Assembly (NCBI GenBank): GCA_963845565.1
Contig: CAWJSJ010000002.1
Span: 128,001-192,000 of the forward strand
DNA: 64,000 nucleotides
Reading direction: 5' to 3'
Source: an uncultured Methylomirabilota bacterium
Lineage (GTDB): Bacteria; Methylomirabilota; Methylomirabilia; Methylomirabilales; 2-02-FULL-66-22
In this document: positions 1-10,964 of the stretch, one piece after another
How positions within the stretch are numbered: position 1 is the stretch's first letter
Layout: every line of letters begins with the position of its first letter
Position numbers and translations under genes: made by a program
The notes under the pieces: generated by a model
Databases searched by the model: none
What the model was told of the DNA's origin: nothing
What the model saw: only the letters and a program-made list of their open reading frames with translations

Positions 1-2
1 AG

Positions 3-209
3 CGACATTCCCGCCGGAGAGCACGAGGGGGGCCGATTGGAGGCAAGATCGTGAACATCGGAAAGGATGCGATCCTCGAGGATTTCGCGGTCATGCTCGA
101 GTGGTTCGACCGGGTCGGCTACTCGGCCGACATCCCAGCCAACGCAAAAGCGTTCGGGATTCGCCCCACCACGCTCGAGGAGTGGGCAACCCGTCAGAAC
201 TGGGGTTAA
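3..209 (+). pseudogene. 3' fragment of an NmrA/HSCARG-like protein, preceded by an SDR-like motif
   Basis: Frame 3 reads GGKIVNIG...LEDFAVMLEWFDRVGYSADIPANAKAFGIRPTTLEEWATRQNWG*, resembling NmrA C-termini; cut by the window edge. Confidence 0.5.
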
Positions 210-254
210 TGCAGGTCGGTGTTGGGTCCGGGAAGGGGCAACATTGGTCGGAGT

Positions 255-305
255 GTCACCTTCCCGCAGTCGGTGCTTGTCCGCGCGGACGAGGTGATCC
301 GGTGA
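255..305 (+). pseudogene. Relic 3' end of an ABC substrate-binding protein paralogue
   Basis: Encodes VTFPQSVLVRADEVIR*, nearly the same as the C-termini of the three downstream copies. Confidence 0.75.
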
Positions 306-1324
306 GGCAACTTCGAAATTCGAAACTTCGAAATTGCGAATTGGCCAACAGCGATAGTTCGTCGTCGCGCTTGCTTATCAGCATGCTCTCGACCCCGCTC
401 GTCGCCGACGCGCAGCCGGCGGGAAGAACCGTGACCATTGGATATCTAGGGAACTCCTCGCCGTCGCTCGAATACAGCATTGTTGAGGCGTTGCGCGAGG
501 GTCTCGGTCAGCTTGGATACGTGGAAGGGCGGAATCTCATCATCAAGTTCGTGTGGGCGGCGGGACAGCAAGAGCAATTTCCCGCCCTTGCGCGCGAACT
601 GGTGCGCCTCACGCCAGACGTCATTCTCACAGCGGGCACCCCAGGCACCTTGGCGGCCAAGCAGGCGACCCACTCGATCCCGATCGTCGCGATCGCCGGG
701 GACCTGCTGGGGGCCGGCCTCGTGTCGAGTCTCGCGAAACCGGGCGGCAACGTGACAGGGTTGTCCGCGCTCACGGCGGATTTGGGGGGGAAGTGGCTCG
801 AACTCATGAGGGAGACGCTGCCGAAACTCTCGCGGGTCGCCGTACTGCGCAATCCGTCCAACCCGTACACGGCAATCGCCTGGAAGGGCACGCAGCCTGC
901 GGCGCAGACCCTGGGACTGGCGCTCCAGCCCGTCGAGGTGGAACGCCCAGACGACCTGGACGCGGCCCTCGCCAGGATCAAGGCGGCTCGCCCCGACGGC
1001 GTCGTCGTGCTCCCGGACCGGGTCCTGCTCGCGTATCGGCAGCCGATCGTCCAGTTTGCGCTCATGAATCGACTTCCGGGCATGTTCCCGTTTCGAGAAT
1101 TCGCGGAGGAGGGCGGCCTCATGTCCTACACACCGGATTGGCCTGCCATATACCGCCGCGCGGGGAGCTATGTGGACAAGATCGCGAGGGGGGCCAAGCC
1201 GGCCGATCTCCCTGTGGAGCAGCCCACGACGTTCGAGTTGGTGATCAACCTAAAAACCGCCAAGGCCCTCGGCCTGACAGTTCCACAGTCCATACTCCTC
1301 CGGGCGGACGAGGTGATCCGGTGA
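302..1324 (+). CDS. ABC transporter substrate-binding protein, ABC_sub_bind family (copy 1, intact)
   Basis: [46 protein letters not shown] motifs; GTG start overlaps the upstream TGA. Confidence 0.9.
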   Translation: MRQLRNSKLRNCELANSDSSSSRLLISMLSTPLVADAQPAGRTVTIGYLGNSSPSLEYSIVEALREGLGQLGYVEGRNLIIKFVWAAGQQEQFPALARELVRLTPDVILTAGTPGTLAAKQATHSIPIVAIAGDLLGAGLVSSLAKPGGNVTGLSALTADLGGKWLELMRETLPKLSRVAVLRNPSNPYTAIAWKGTQPAAQTLGLALQPVEVERPDDLDAALARIKAARPDGVVVLPDRVLLAYRQPIVQFALMNRLPGMFPFREFAEEGGLMSYTPDWPAIYRRAGSYVDKIARGAKPADLPVEQPTTFELVINLKTAKALGLTVPQSILLRADEVIR

Positions 1325-2342
1325 GACAATTTCGAAGTTCGAACTTCGAAAATCGAATTGGGCAAACAGCGCATCGCTCCTCATGGTTGCTCTGAGTGTT
1401 ATCGGCGCGCCGCTCGTGGCCGAGGCGCAGCAGCCAACTAAAGGTTCCGAATCGGGTACCTGGAATCCGGAGTGCAGCCCCTGGCGCGCCCCTCTTCGAG
1501 GCATTCCGGCAAGGGCTTCGGGATCTCGGTTAGGTCGAAGGCCAGAACATCGCCATCGAGGTTCGGGCGGCCGAGGGGAAGTACGAACGATTACCGCGCC
1601 TCGCGGGTGAGCTTGTCCGCCTCAACGTGGACGTTATCGTCGCCTCGAGCACCCCGGCAGCACTGGCAGCCAAGCAGGCCACCACGACCATCCCTATCGT
1701 CATCGGGCGTGTCGCCGATCCGATCGGGAGCGGGCTCGTCGCCAGCCTGGCGCGCCCGGGAGGCAACATCACGGGGTGGACGCACCTGGGTCGTGAGTTG
1801 CGAGCGAAATATGTGGACTTGGTTAGGGAGGCCATCCCCGGGTCCGCCCGGATTGGCGTCCTGTGGAATCCGGCCAACCCCATACACGGCCCAAGCCTGA
1901 AGAATGTCGAGACGGCGGCCACGGCACTCAAGGTGCAACTCCACGCCATAGGGGTGCAAGCCGCTGAAAAACTCGAGAGCGCTTTCTCAGTGCTGACCAC
2001 GAAGCACGCCGAGGCACTCGTGGTGTTTCCGGACGGGATGTTCCTGGCCCAGGGCGAGCGGATCGTCGCCCTCGCGGCACAGACGCCGCTTTCCAGCGAT
2101 CTACGGCATGACGGAGTATGCGAGGGCCGGCGGTCTGATGGGCTACGGGGTCAATTTGGTCGACATGTACCGACACGGAGCGACTTTCGTGGATAGGATC
2201 CTGAAAGGGCGCCAAACCCGCCGATCTTCCCGTCGAGCAGCCGACGAAGTTCGAGCTGGTCATCAACCTGAAGACCGCCAAGGCCCTGGGCTTGACGATC
2301 CCGCAGTCCATCCTTATTCGGGCGGACGAGGTGATCCGGTGA
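1321..2342 (+). pseudogene. ABC_sub_bind family SBP (copy 2; frameshifts and in-frame TAG)
   Basis: Same motifs spread over several frames (SLARPGGNITG, ...RADEVIR*); TAG at 1531-1533 within DLG*VEGQN. Confidence 0.8.
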
Positions 2343-3336
2343 GGCTCACGCAAGGTCTTCATACTAACTCCTCGCCTTCCGCACCTTCTGCGTCTTCTGC
2401 GCCTCCTCAGCGCGGCGCCGCAGCAACCAGCAAGGACGGATTCCCCGGATTCGGCGTGCTATCGCCAGGAGGCGAACGATCTTTTTCTCCTCGATGCATT
2501 TCGGCAGGGTCTCCGCGATTTCGGTTACAACGAGGGCCAGAATATCATCATCGACTACCGGTGGGCGGACGGGCAGCTTGACCGGCTCCCCGGCTCTCGC
2601 GGGGGAACTGGTCCGGCTCAGAGTCGATGTCATCGTCGCCACACGACGCCAGGAGTGCTGGCAGCTAGGCAAGCCACCAAGACGATTCCCATCGTGTTGG
2701 CCCCGCGGGCGACCTCGTGGAACAGGGACTCGTTGCAAGCCTCGCGCGCCCTGGCGGGAATATCACCGGGGTTGACGCTGATCGACAACGAACTGAGCCC
2801 AAGCGCCTGCAGATCCTGAAAGAGGCCGTCCCGAAGCTCTCTCGTGTCGCGATCCTGGTGAATCCGGGCAAACCCGGCCTGGCAATCGCGTCGAAGTCCT
2901 TGGGCCCGCAGCCCACGACTGGGGCTGCGGCTTCAACGTGTGGAGGCACGGGATCCGCAGAACTCGACGGGCGCGTTTTCACGATGGCTGCCAAGGATCG
3001 CGCCGATGGCCTGCTCGTGGTCAGCGACGCGATGTTCAGTGGGAATCAATCGCAAGATTGTGGAACTTGCGGGCAAAGACCGACTCCCAGCGATGTACCG
3101 GAAGACGCGGATTCGTGGAGGCGGCGGCCTCATCAGCTACGGGCCGGAGCGATGCCGATCTGTCTCGCCGCGCCGCGACCTACGTCGACAAGATCCTGAA
3201 AGGCGCCAAGCCCGCCGACCTCCCCGTCGAGCAGCCGACGAAGTTCGAGCTGGTGATCAATCTCAAGACCGCGAAGGCGCTGGACTTGACGATCCCGCAA
3301 TCCGTGCTCATCCGGGCGGACGAGGTGATTCGCTGA
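2339..3336 (+). pseudogene. ABC_sub_bind family SBP (copy 3; multiple frameshifts)
   Basis: QGLVASLARPGGNITG and [28 protein letters not shown]...RADEVIR* lie in different frames. Confidence 0.8.
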
Positions 3337-6300
3337 TGCATCGCAGCCGGCTGTTCTGGAAGTATGTCATCGTTCTCGTGTTTCTGGTCAGCGGGGCGCT
3401 GGTGACGAGCGGCGCGATCGAGATCTATTTTTCTTACCAGGAGAACAAAACAGCCCTCGTGCGCGTCCAGCGTGAAAAGGCCATCGCGGCGGCCTCGAGA
3501 ATCGATCAGTTCATCAGAGAAATCGAAAACCAGATCGGCTGGACGACGCACGTCCCCTTCACATCACAGGCGGCCGCACTGGACCAGCGGCGGTTCGACT
3601 ACCTCCGCCTCTTCCGCCAGGCCCCGAGCATCACTGAGATCAGTCACCTGGACGCGTCGGGGCGGGAGCAACTCCGCGTATCGCGCCTGGCCATGGATGT
3701 GGTCGGAAGTCAGGCGGACTTTTCCAAGGAGCCCCGCTTTGTCGAGGCCCGGTCCGGGAAGACCCACTTTAGCCCGGTGTATTTCCGAAAAGAGTCCGAG
3801 CCATACATCACTATAGCCATGGCCGGCCGCGGGCAAGACGCTGGCGTCACCGTCGCCGACGTGAACCTGAAGTTCATCTGGGACGTGATCTCTCAGATTA
3901 AGATCGGGAGGGCTGGACACGCGTACGTCGTCGATTCCAGAGGCAACCTCATTGCCCATCCGGACATCAGTCTAGTTCTGCAGAAGACCAACCTGTCGTC
4001 GCTCCCTCAGGTCCGAGACAGGCTGGCGGGTCCTCCTCGACCCGGTGAAAGCCGGGAAGAGGTCGCCATCGCGCGAGATCTTTCGGGGCGGCAGATTCTT
4101 ACGGCTCACGCCGCCATTGTCCCACTCGGATGGCTGGTGTTCGTCGAGCAACCCTTGGCCGAGGCGTTTGCGCCGCTTTACGCGTCGATCTCCCGGACGG
4201 TCATCTTGCTCGCAGTCGGAATCGGGATTTCCGTGCTGGGTAGCCTGTTTCTCGCCCGAAGGATGGTGACGCCCATCCAGGCGCTGCAAGCCGGGGCGGC
4301 CCGAATCGGCGCCGGGGATCTCGCTCATCGGCTTGCGGTCCGGACCGGGGACGAGGTAGAGGCGCTTGCCAATCAGTTCAATAGCATGGTCACGCAGCTT
4401 CAAGAGTCATACGCGAACCTGGAACAGAAGGTCGAGGAACGGACCCGGGATTTGACCGAGGCGCTCGAACAGCAGACCGCCACCAGTGAGGTCCTCCGGA
4501 TCATCAGCAGTTCGCCGACGGATCTCCAGCCGGTGCTGGACGCCGTTGCCCTGAAGGCCGCGAGACTATGCGACGCCGAGGACGCGACGATCTTTCGCGT
4601 GGAAGAGGGCGCGCTGCGCAGGGTCGCAGGACATGGCCCGATCCCCATTTTCGCTGCCGAGAGCGGCGAGACCGTTCCGATCACCCGCGGTTCGGTGGCC
4701 GGCCGGGCCATCGTGGATCGACAGCCGGTCCATTTGCGTGACCTCGCGGAAGCGGACGAAGCAGAGTTTCCAGAGGGGAGGGCCTACCAGCGGCGCTTCG
4801 GCAACCGCACGACCCTCGGCGTGCCGCTCTTGCGCGAGGGGACCGCTCTTGGAGCAATCTTGATTCGTCGGATGGAGGTCCGGCCGTTCTCCGAGAAGCA
4901 GATCACCCTGCTCCAGACCTTCGCCGACCAAGCTGTCATTGCCATTGAGAACGTTCGCCTCTTTAGGGCGTTGGAAGGCCGCAATCGCGAGTTGACCGAG
5001 GCGCTCGAGCAACAGACAGCAACCAGTGAAGTGCTGAAGGTGATCAGTCGGTCCACGTTCGATCTTCAACCGGTCCTCGACACCCTGCTTGAAAATGCCG
5101 CTCGGTTGTGCGGTGCCACAGAGGGGTGTGATCAATCGGTTGGAAGGCGAGATTTATCGCGGAGCCGCGGTTTACAATCACCCGCCAGAATTCTTGGCAT
5201 TTGTCGAGCAACACCCGATGCGTTTGGGTCGAGAAACGATCACGGGGCGCGCGGCACTCGAGCGGCGAGTGGTCCAGATCCCCGATGTGCTCGCGGATCC
5301 GGATTATGACTACGGCGAGGGCCAGAAGGTGGGTGGGTACAGAACGCTGCTAGGCGTCCCAATGCTTCGCGAGGGCCTTCCCATCGGCGTGATCGTCCTG
5401 TCACGGGCGGAAGTCCTGCCATTCACCGCCCGGCAGGTCGAGTTGGTTGAAACCTTCGCGGACCAGGCCGTCATCGCCATCGAAAACGTCCGTTTGTTCA
5501 ACGAGATCCAGGAGCGCAACCGCGAACTCACCGAGGCCCTGGAGCAGCAAACGGCCACCAGCGAGATCCTCCGGATTATCAGCAGTTCCCCGACAAACCT
5601 CCAGCCCGTGCTGGATGCTGTCGCGGAGAATGCCGCGCGCTTATGTGATGCGGAAGATGCTGTTCTCTTCCGTCTCGATGGGGAGTTCCTGCGACAGGCT
5701 GCGGGAAAGGGGCCGATCCCAAAATTCGGGTCTGGAACCGAAGAGGGTATTGCCGTGAGTCGCGGTTCGGTCACCGGTCGGGCTGTGGTGGATCGGAAGG
5801 CCATCCATGTTCGGGACCTTGCTGAGGCGGACGAGGCCGAGTTCCCGGAAGGGAGAGCCTTCGCGAGACGGTTCGGGCACCGGACCACGCTCGCCGCACC
5901 GCTATTGCGTGAAGGCGTCGCTCTCGGGGCGATCATGTTGCGCCGCAAGGAGGCCCAGCCCTTCTCCGACAAGCAGATCGAACTTCTCAAGACTTTCGCC
6001 GATCAAGCGGTGATTGCGATCGAGAACGTACGACTATTCAAGGAGATCCAGGAGCGGACTCGCGAGCTGGAGCAGTCGCTGGACGAGGTCCACGCACTGA
6101 GCGAGGTGAGCCGCACCGTCAGTTCCTCCCTCGATCTGGGGCATGTCTTGCATGAGATCGCCGAACAGGCCGCCAACCTCTGCGATGCGGACGCCGGGTT
6201 CATCCAGGAGTACGTCGCGGACGCCAACACCTTCCACGTCAGCGCCAGCTGGAATGCCGGGGAGGATTTTGTGCGATCCATTCAGGCGGCGCAGATCATC

Positions 6301-7335
6301 CTCGGGAAGGGTGCAGCCGGGCGCAGCGCGGTCACGGGCAAGCCGGCCCAGATTCCCGATATACTGGCCGAACCGGACTACCCCTTCCGGGACATCCTGG
6401 CGCGGGAGGGGTATCGGGCAGTTCTCTCAGTGCCCATGCTCCGCGATCAACGGGTCATCGGAACGGTGGTCGTCGTCCGCAAGACGCCCGGCGGTTTCGA
6501 CGAACGACACATCAATCTGCTGACGACATTCGCCAGCCAAACCACCATCGCCATCGAGCACGCCCGCCTTTACCGCGATGTCACGGAAAAAGGTCGGATG
6601 CTCGAAGAGGCCAACCGTCACAAATCTGCCTTCCTCGCGAACATGAGCCATGAGCTCCGTACCCCCATGAACGCTATCATCGGCTTCTCAGAGGTGCTCC
6701 TCGACCCATCGATGCAGGTCAGCGACGAGGAACGGTCTCAGTTCCTGACCGATATCCTGAATAGTGGGCGGCACCTGCTCAATCTGATCAACGAGGTCCT
6801 CGACTTGTCCAAAATCGAGGCCGGCCGGATGGAGTTGCACATCGTGCCGGCCGCCCTGGGCGAAGTGTTCGAGACCGTCCAAGGCACTCTGCGGCCTCTG
6901 GCCGCGAAGAAGGCCATCGAGTTCCAGGTGGAACGCGCCGACGGCATCACCCCCTTCCCCATGGACGCTGCGCGCATCAAGCAGGTTTTGGTCAACCTGG
7001 TGGGGAACGCGATCAAGTTCACCCCCGAACGCGGCCGCGTCTGGGTCCGGGCGACGACCGAGAACGGAACGGTGCAGGTCGAAGTCGGAGACACCGGGCC
7101 GGGCATCGCGCCGGAAGACCACGAGCGGATCTTTCAGGAATTCCAACAGGCCCAGGCCACGCGGGGTAGCGGAAAACCGGAAGGAACGGGGCTGGGTCTC
7201 ACCCTGGCCCGCCGCTTTGTCGAGATGCACGGCGGTCGGCTCTGGGTGGAGAGCCAGGTCGGGGCGGGCAGCCACTTCTATTTCACGCTGCCCACCCCAC
7301 TGCCGCCTGGCCAATTGCTTGGGCGGGTTGCCTGA
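3336..7335 (+). CDS. Membrane sensor histidine kinase TM-dCache-TM-HAMP-4xGAF-HisKA-HATPase (frameshift near 5125)
   Basis: ATG overlaps TGA; two TM helices; HAMP ([12 protein letters not shown]); four GAF units ending [36 protein letters not shown]; extra base at the G-run near 5125. Confidence 0.9.
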
Positions 7336-7496
7336 CGCCTCGGTTCGTGGGTGAGGGCGCGGGCCGGACATACGAGAGCGCATGACGATGAAGACCGGTG
7401 GTGGGATGAAGGCAGCACGCCGAGAGAGCCCCAAGTGTGACGCGCCCCGAGGACGCGGGCGAGTCCAGGCGGGGCGCGAAGCGGCGCCCCCACATT

Positions 7497-10464
7497 ATGC
7501 GAAGGAGGTCGGTGGCGTGCCACGAATGCCACTCTCTAGGAATCGACACACACGGCCCACACCTCGTGCGCCCCGAGGGACGAGAGGCGGGCCTCGTCCG
7601 AGTTCTGACGTCGCTGGCGCTCTTCCAGGGAGTCCCCCAGACCAGTCTGACGCCGCTCGCGAAAGCCATGCGTTTTCGGCGTTACGCCCAAGGGGATGTC
7701 GTATTTGCGCAGGGCGACCCGGCACACGAGTTCTTCGTCCTGGTATCCGGCCGCGTCGTCGTGACCGTCAAGGGCGGCGATCCCGAGGGTCCGCCGATCG
7801 CCGTGCTCACGGGGCCGACATGGTTCGGCGATCTTGCCATCGTGAGCGAGCAGACACGCATCTCCACGGTGACCGCGGAGACGGATTGCGAATTCTGGGT
7901 GCTGGCGCGGACCCATTTCGAAGCGTTCTTCAACCGCCACCCGCGCATGGCGCGCAACCTGGCCGCGGCGCTCGTGCGCCGTTTGCAGGAGAAGGATCAA
8001 GACTTCACCAGCCAGTCCACGCTCGCGCTGGAGCGCGCACGGCTGCTGGAGGCACTCCGGCAAGGCACCGAGGAGATGGCGGCACTCACCGACGTGACCC
8101 GGGCCATCAACGTGTCGCTCGATCTGGACCAGACGCTCGGTTCCATCAGCACCTACGCGGCACGTCTCACGAAATCGGACTCGGCGCTGATCTTCCTCAA
8201 TGAGCCGGCGCGGGATGTGCTCAGCGTGCGCGCGTCCTACAACGCGCCTGCCGGCTATCTTGCCGAAGTCGGCGAGCGCCACCCTCCGCTCTCCGCGACT
8301 CCGGAGATCCTCGCCAACTGCTCGTTGACGGTGCGCGCCGTCGTCGAGCGCGGCCCGGTGCAGATTGCCGATGTCGAGGCAGTCCCGCTTTACCGCAGCC
8401 GGGAGTTACTCTTGCGATGGGGGTACCGTGCGGTTCTTGTGGTGCCCCTCCTCCACGACGACCGGGTCATCGGTGCCATGAGCGTCCTGCGTCAACACCC
8501 GGGAGAATTCGCAACGCGCGAGGTGGAGCTGGTCACGACGTTTGCCGGGCATTCGGCGATCGCCCTGGAGCACGCCCGCCTCTTTCAAGAGGCACAAGCA
8601 CAGAACCGCGCACTCCAGGAGGCTCTGGACTATCAAACGGTCACCAGTGAGTTTCTGAAAAGCGTCAGCCACGCGACCTTCGAGCTTCAACCAACGCTCG
8701 ATACCCTGGCCGAACACGCCGCCCAGCTGTGCGGGGCGTCGAGCTGTCTGATCTTCACGCTGGAGAATGGGGCGTATCAGCTCGCCGCGCACTACCGCGC
8801 AGCCGCCGAGTTCCGCAGGCTCCTCCAGGATCAACCCATTCGCGCGGGACGGGACACCATGGTGGGCCGTACGGCGCTGGAGCGGCGTCCCGTGCATATC
8901 CCCGACGTGCTTGCCGACCCGGAATATGGGTGGACCGAGGCCCAGCGCGCGGTGGGATACCGCAGCGTCCTCGGCGTTCCGCTGCTCCGCGAGGGAAGTC
9001 CCCATCGGCGTGATCGCCATCCACCGCACCGAGGTGCAGCCATTCGCGCACAAAGAGATCGAGGTCCTCACCAGCTTCGCCGATCAGGCGGTCGTCGCCA
9101 TCGAGAAGATCCGACTCTTCCATGAGCTTCGCGCGCGGACCGACGAACTTGCCCAGTCCGTGGAGGAACTGCGCGCACTGAGTCAAACCACCCAGACGGT
9201 CAATTCGTCGCTGAATCGGGAACGGGTGCTCTCTGCGATCGCCGAGCACGCCTGCCGGCTCTGTCAGGCAGACGGCGGCCTCATCACGGAGCTCGCCGAG
9301 TCCACGCGGGAGTTCCGCCCCGTCGCCACGTGGAACGTGCGCCCGGAGTTCGTCCAGAAGGTCCTGGCGTCCCCTCCCACATGGGGCAGAGGAGTCACGG
9401 GCCAGAGCGCGGCCAGTCGTGGCGCCGTGCAGATCCCCGACGTGCTCGCCGCGGAGGGATATCCGTGGCGCGAGGCGATCTCCGCCGAGGGGTATCGCGC
9501 CATTCTGTCGGTTCCCCTCCTGCGCGACGACCGGGTCATCGGGACCATTGCGGTGGCGCGGAAAACGGCCGGCGCGTTTGCACCGCGGTTCGTCACCCTC
9601 CTGACGACGTTTGCCAACCAGACCAGCATCGCGCTGGAGCATGCGCGTCTCTTTCAGCAGGTGCAGGAGAAGGCCGCACAGCTCGAGGTGGCGTCCCGGC
9701 ACAAATCTCAGTTCTTGGCCAACATGTCGCACGAGCTCCGCACCCCGCTCAACGCCATCATCGGCTTCTCCGAGGTGCTCCTCGATCCGAGCCTCGGCGC
9801 GCTGGGCGACGCAGAGCGGCACGAGTTTCTGACGAACATCCTGACGTCGGGGCGGCACCTGCTGCGGCTCATCAACGACGTCCTGGACCTCAGCAAGGTC
9901 GAGGCCGGCAAAATGGAACTCCACGCCGAGCCGGTCAGCCTCGCCGAATCCGTGGAGGGTGTCGTGGCGACGGTGAAGACCTTGGCAATGAGAAAGCGCA
10001 TTCAGATTCACAGCGATATTCACCCGGATCAGGGCCCGGTCTGCGCCGACCCGTCCCGTCTGAAACAGATCCTGTATAACCTGCTGAGCAACGCCATCAA
10101 GTTCACCCCGGAGGAAGGACGCGTCAGCATCACCGCTCGTGCCGTCGAGTCGCCAACTGATCGGGTAGCGCATTCGGCCGTGCCAATCGACGAGTTGACC
10201 AATCGACCATTTGACTCGCCCGGGGACGTCGTGGAGGTCAGCGTCACGGATACGGGCGTCGGCATCCCCGCGACGGACCTCGGACGCATCTTCGAGGAAT
10301 TCGAACAAGTGGAGCATGCGTCGGCGGGAGGACAGGAGGGCACCGGCCTCGGCTTGGCCCTGGTGAAAAGGCTCGTGGAGATGCAAGGGGGAAGGATCCG
10401 CGTCGCTTCCGTACCCGGTGAAGGGAGCACGTTTTCCTTCACGATTCCACTGGCACGCGACTGA
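7497..10464 (+). CDS. Cytoplasmic histidine kinase cNMP-binding-3xGAF-HisKA-HATPase (frameshift near 8997; start uncertain)
   Basis: cNMP domain (VFAQGD, FGDLAI...RISTVTA); three GAF units; [26 protein letters not shown]. Confidence 0.88.
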
Positions 10465-10577
10465 GCGGCCAGCCCATCGCTCGGCAGTACGTTACGCGGG
10501 GCCGAGGGTGGCAAGGTGCGCTGCGCCGTCCGGCTATCGTAGGACGCTGGGCCGTCGTGGGGCATGGGGAGTTGATC

Positions 10578-10964
10578 ATGAACGGGAAAAGGATCTTGCT
10601 GGTCGAGGACAACGCGGTCAATCGGCGCCTGGCGCAATTTCTATTGAAGTCCAAGGGCTACGAGGTGTGGGAGGCGACCAGCGTGCCGGAGGCGTTCGCG
10701 GCGCTGAAGGAGCGGCGGCCGGATCTCATTCTCATGGACATCCAGTTGCCCGAGGTGGACGGACTGACGGCAACGCGGTGCCTGAAAGCCGACCCCGCCA
10801 CGTGCGACATCCCCGTGGTGGCGGTGACATCCTACGCGATGAAGGGAGACGAGGCGAAGGCCTTCGAGGCGGGCTGTAGCGGGTATGTCACCAAGCCGAT
10901 CGACAAGGCACAGCTTCTCGACACCGTGGCGCGACTCCTCCCGCAGCCGGAGGCGAGCGGTTAG
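10578..10964 (+). CDS. Single-domain response regulator (DivK-like)
   Basis: ILLVEDN, PDLILMDIQLP, YVTKPID. Confidence 0.92.
   Translation: MNGKRILLVEDNAVNRRLAQFLLKSKGYEVWEATSVPEAFAALKERRPDLILMDIQLPEVDGLTATRCLKADPATCDIPVVAVTSYAMKGDEAKAFEAGCSGYVTKPIDKAQLLDTVARLLPQPEASG

Noticed and set aside
1531..1533. Pyrrolysine or stop-codon readthrough at the in-frame TAG
   Set aside because: The same gene has several frameshifts, other genes use TAG as stop, and no pyl genes are present
283..3336. CRISPR array or integron suggested by the 1-kb periodic direct repeats
   Set aside because: The repeats are coding 3' ends of paralogous genes; no cas or integrase genes and no attC structure
5100..5140. Programmed frameshifting in the kinases (also near 8997)
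   Set aside because: No slippery heptamer; single extra bases at short runs fit sequencing error
7468..7493. REP-like hairpin GGGGCGC-GAAGCG-GCGCCCC
   Set aside because: Single short GC-rich copy with no RAYT gene in the window; may be chance
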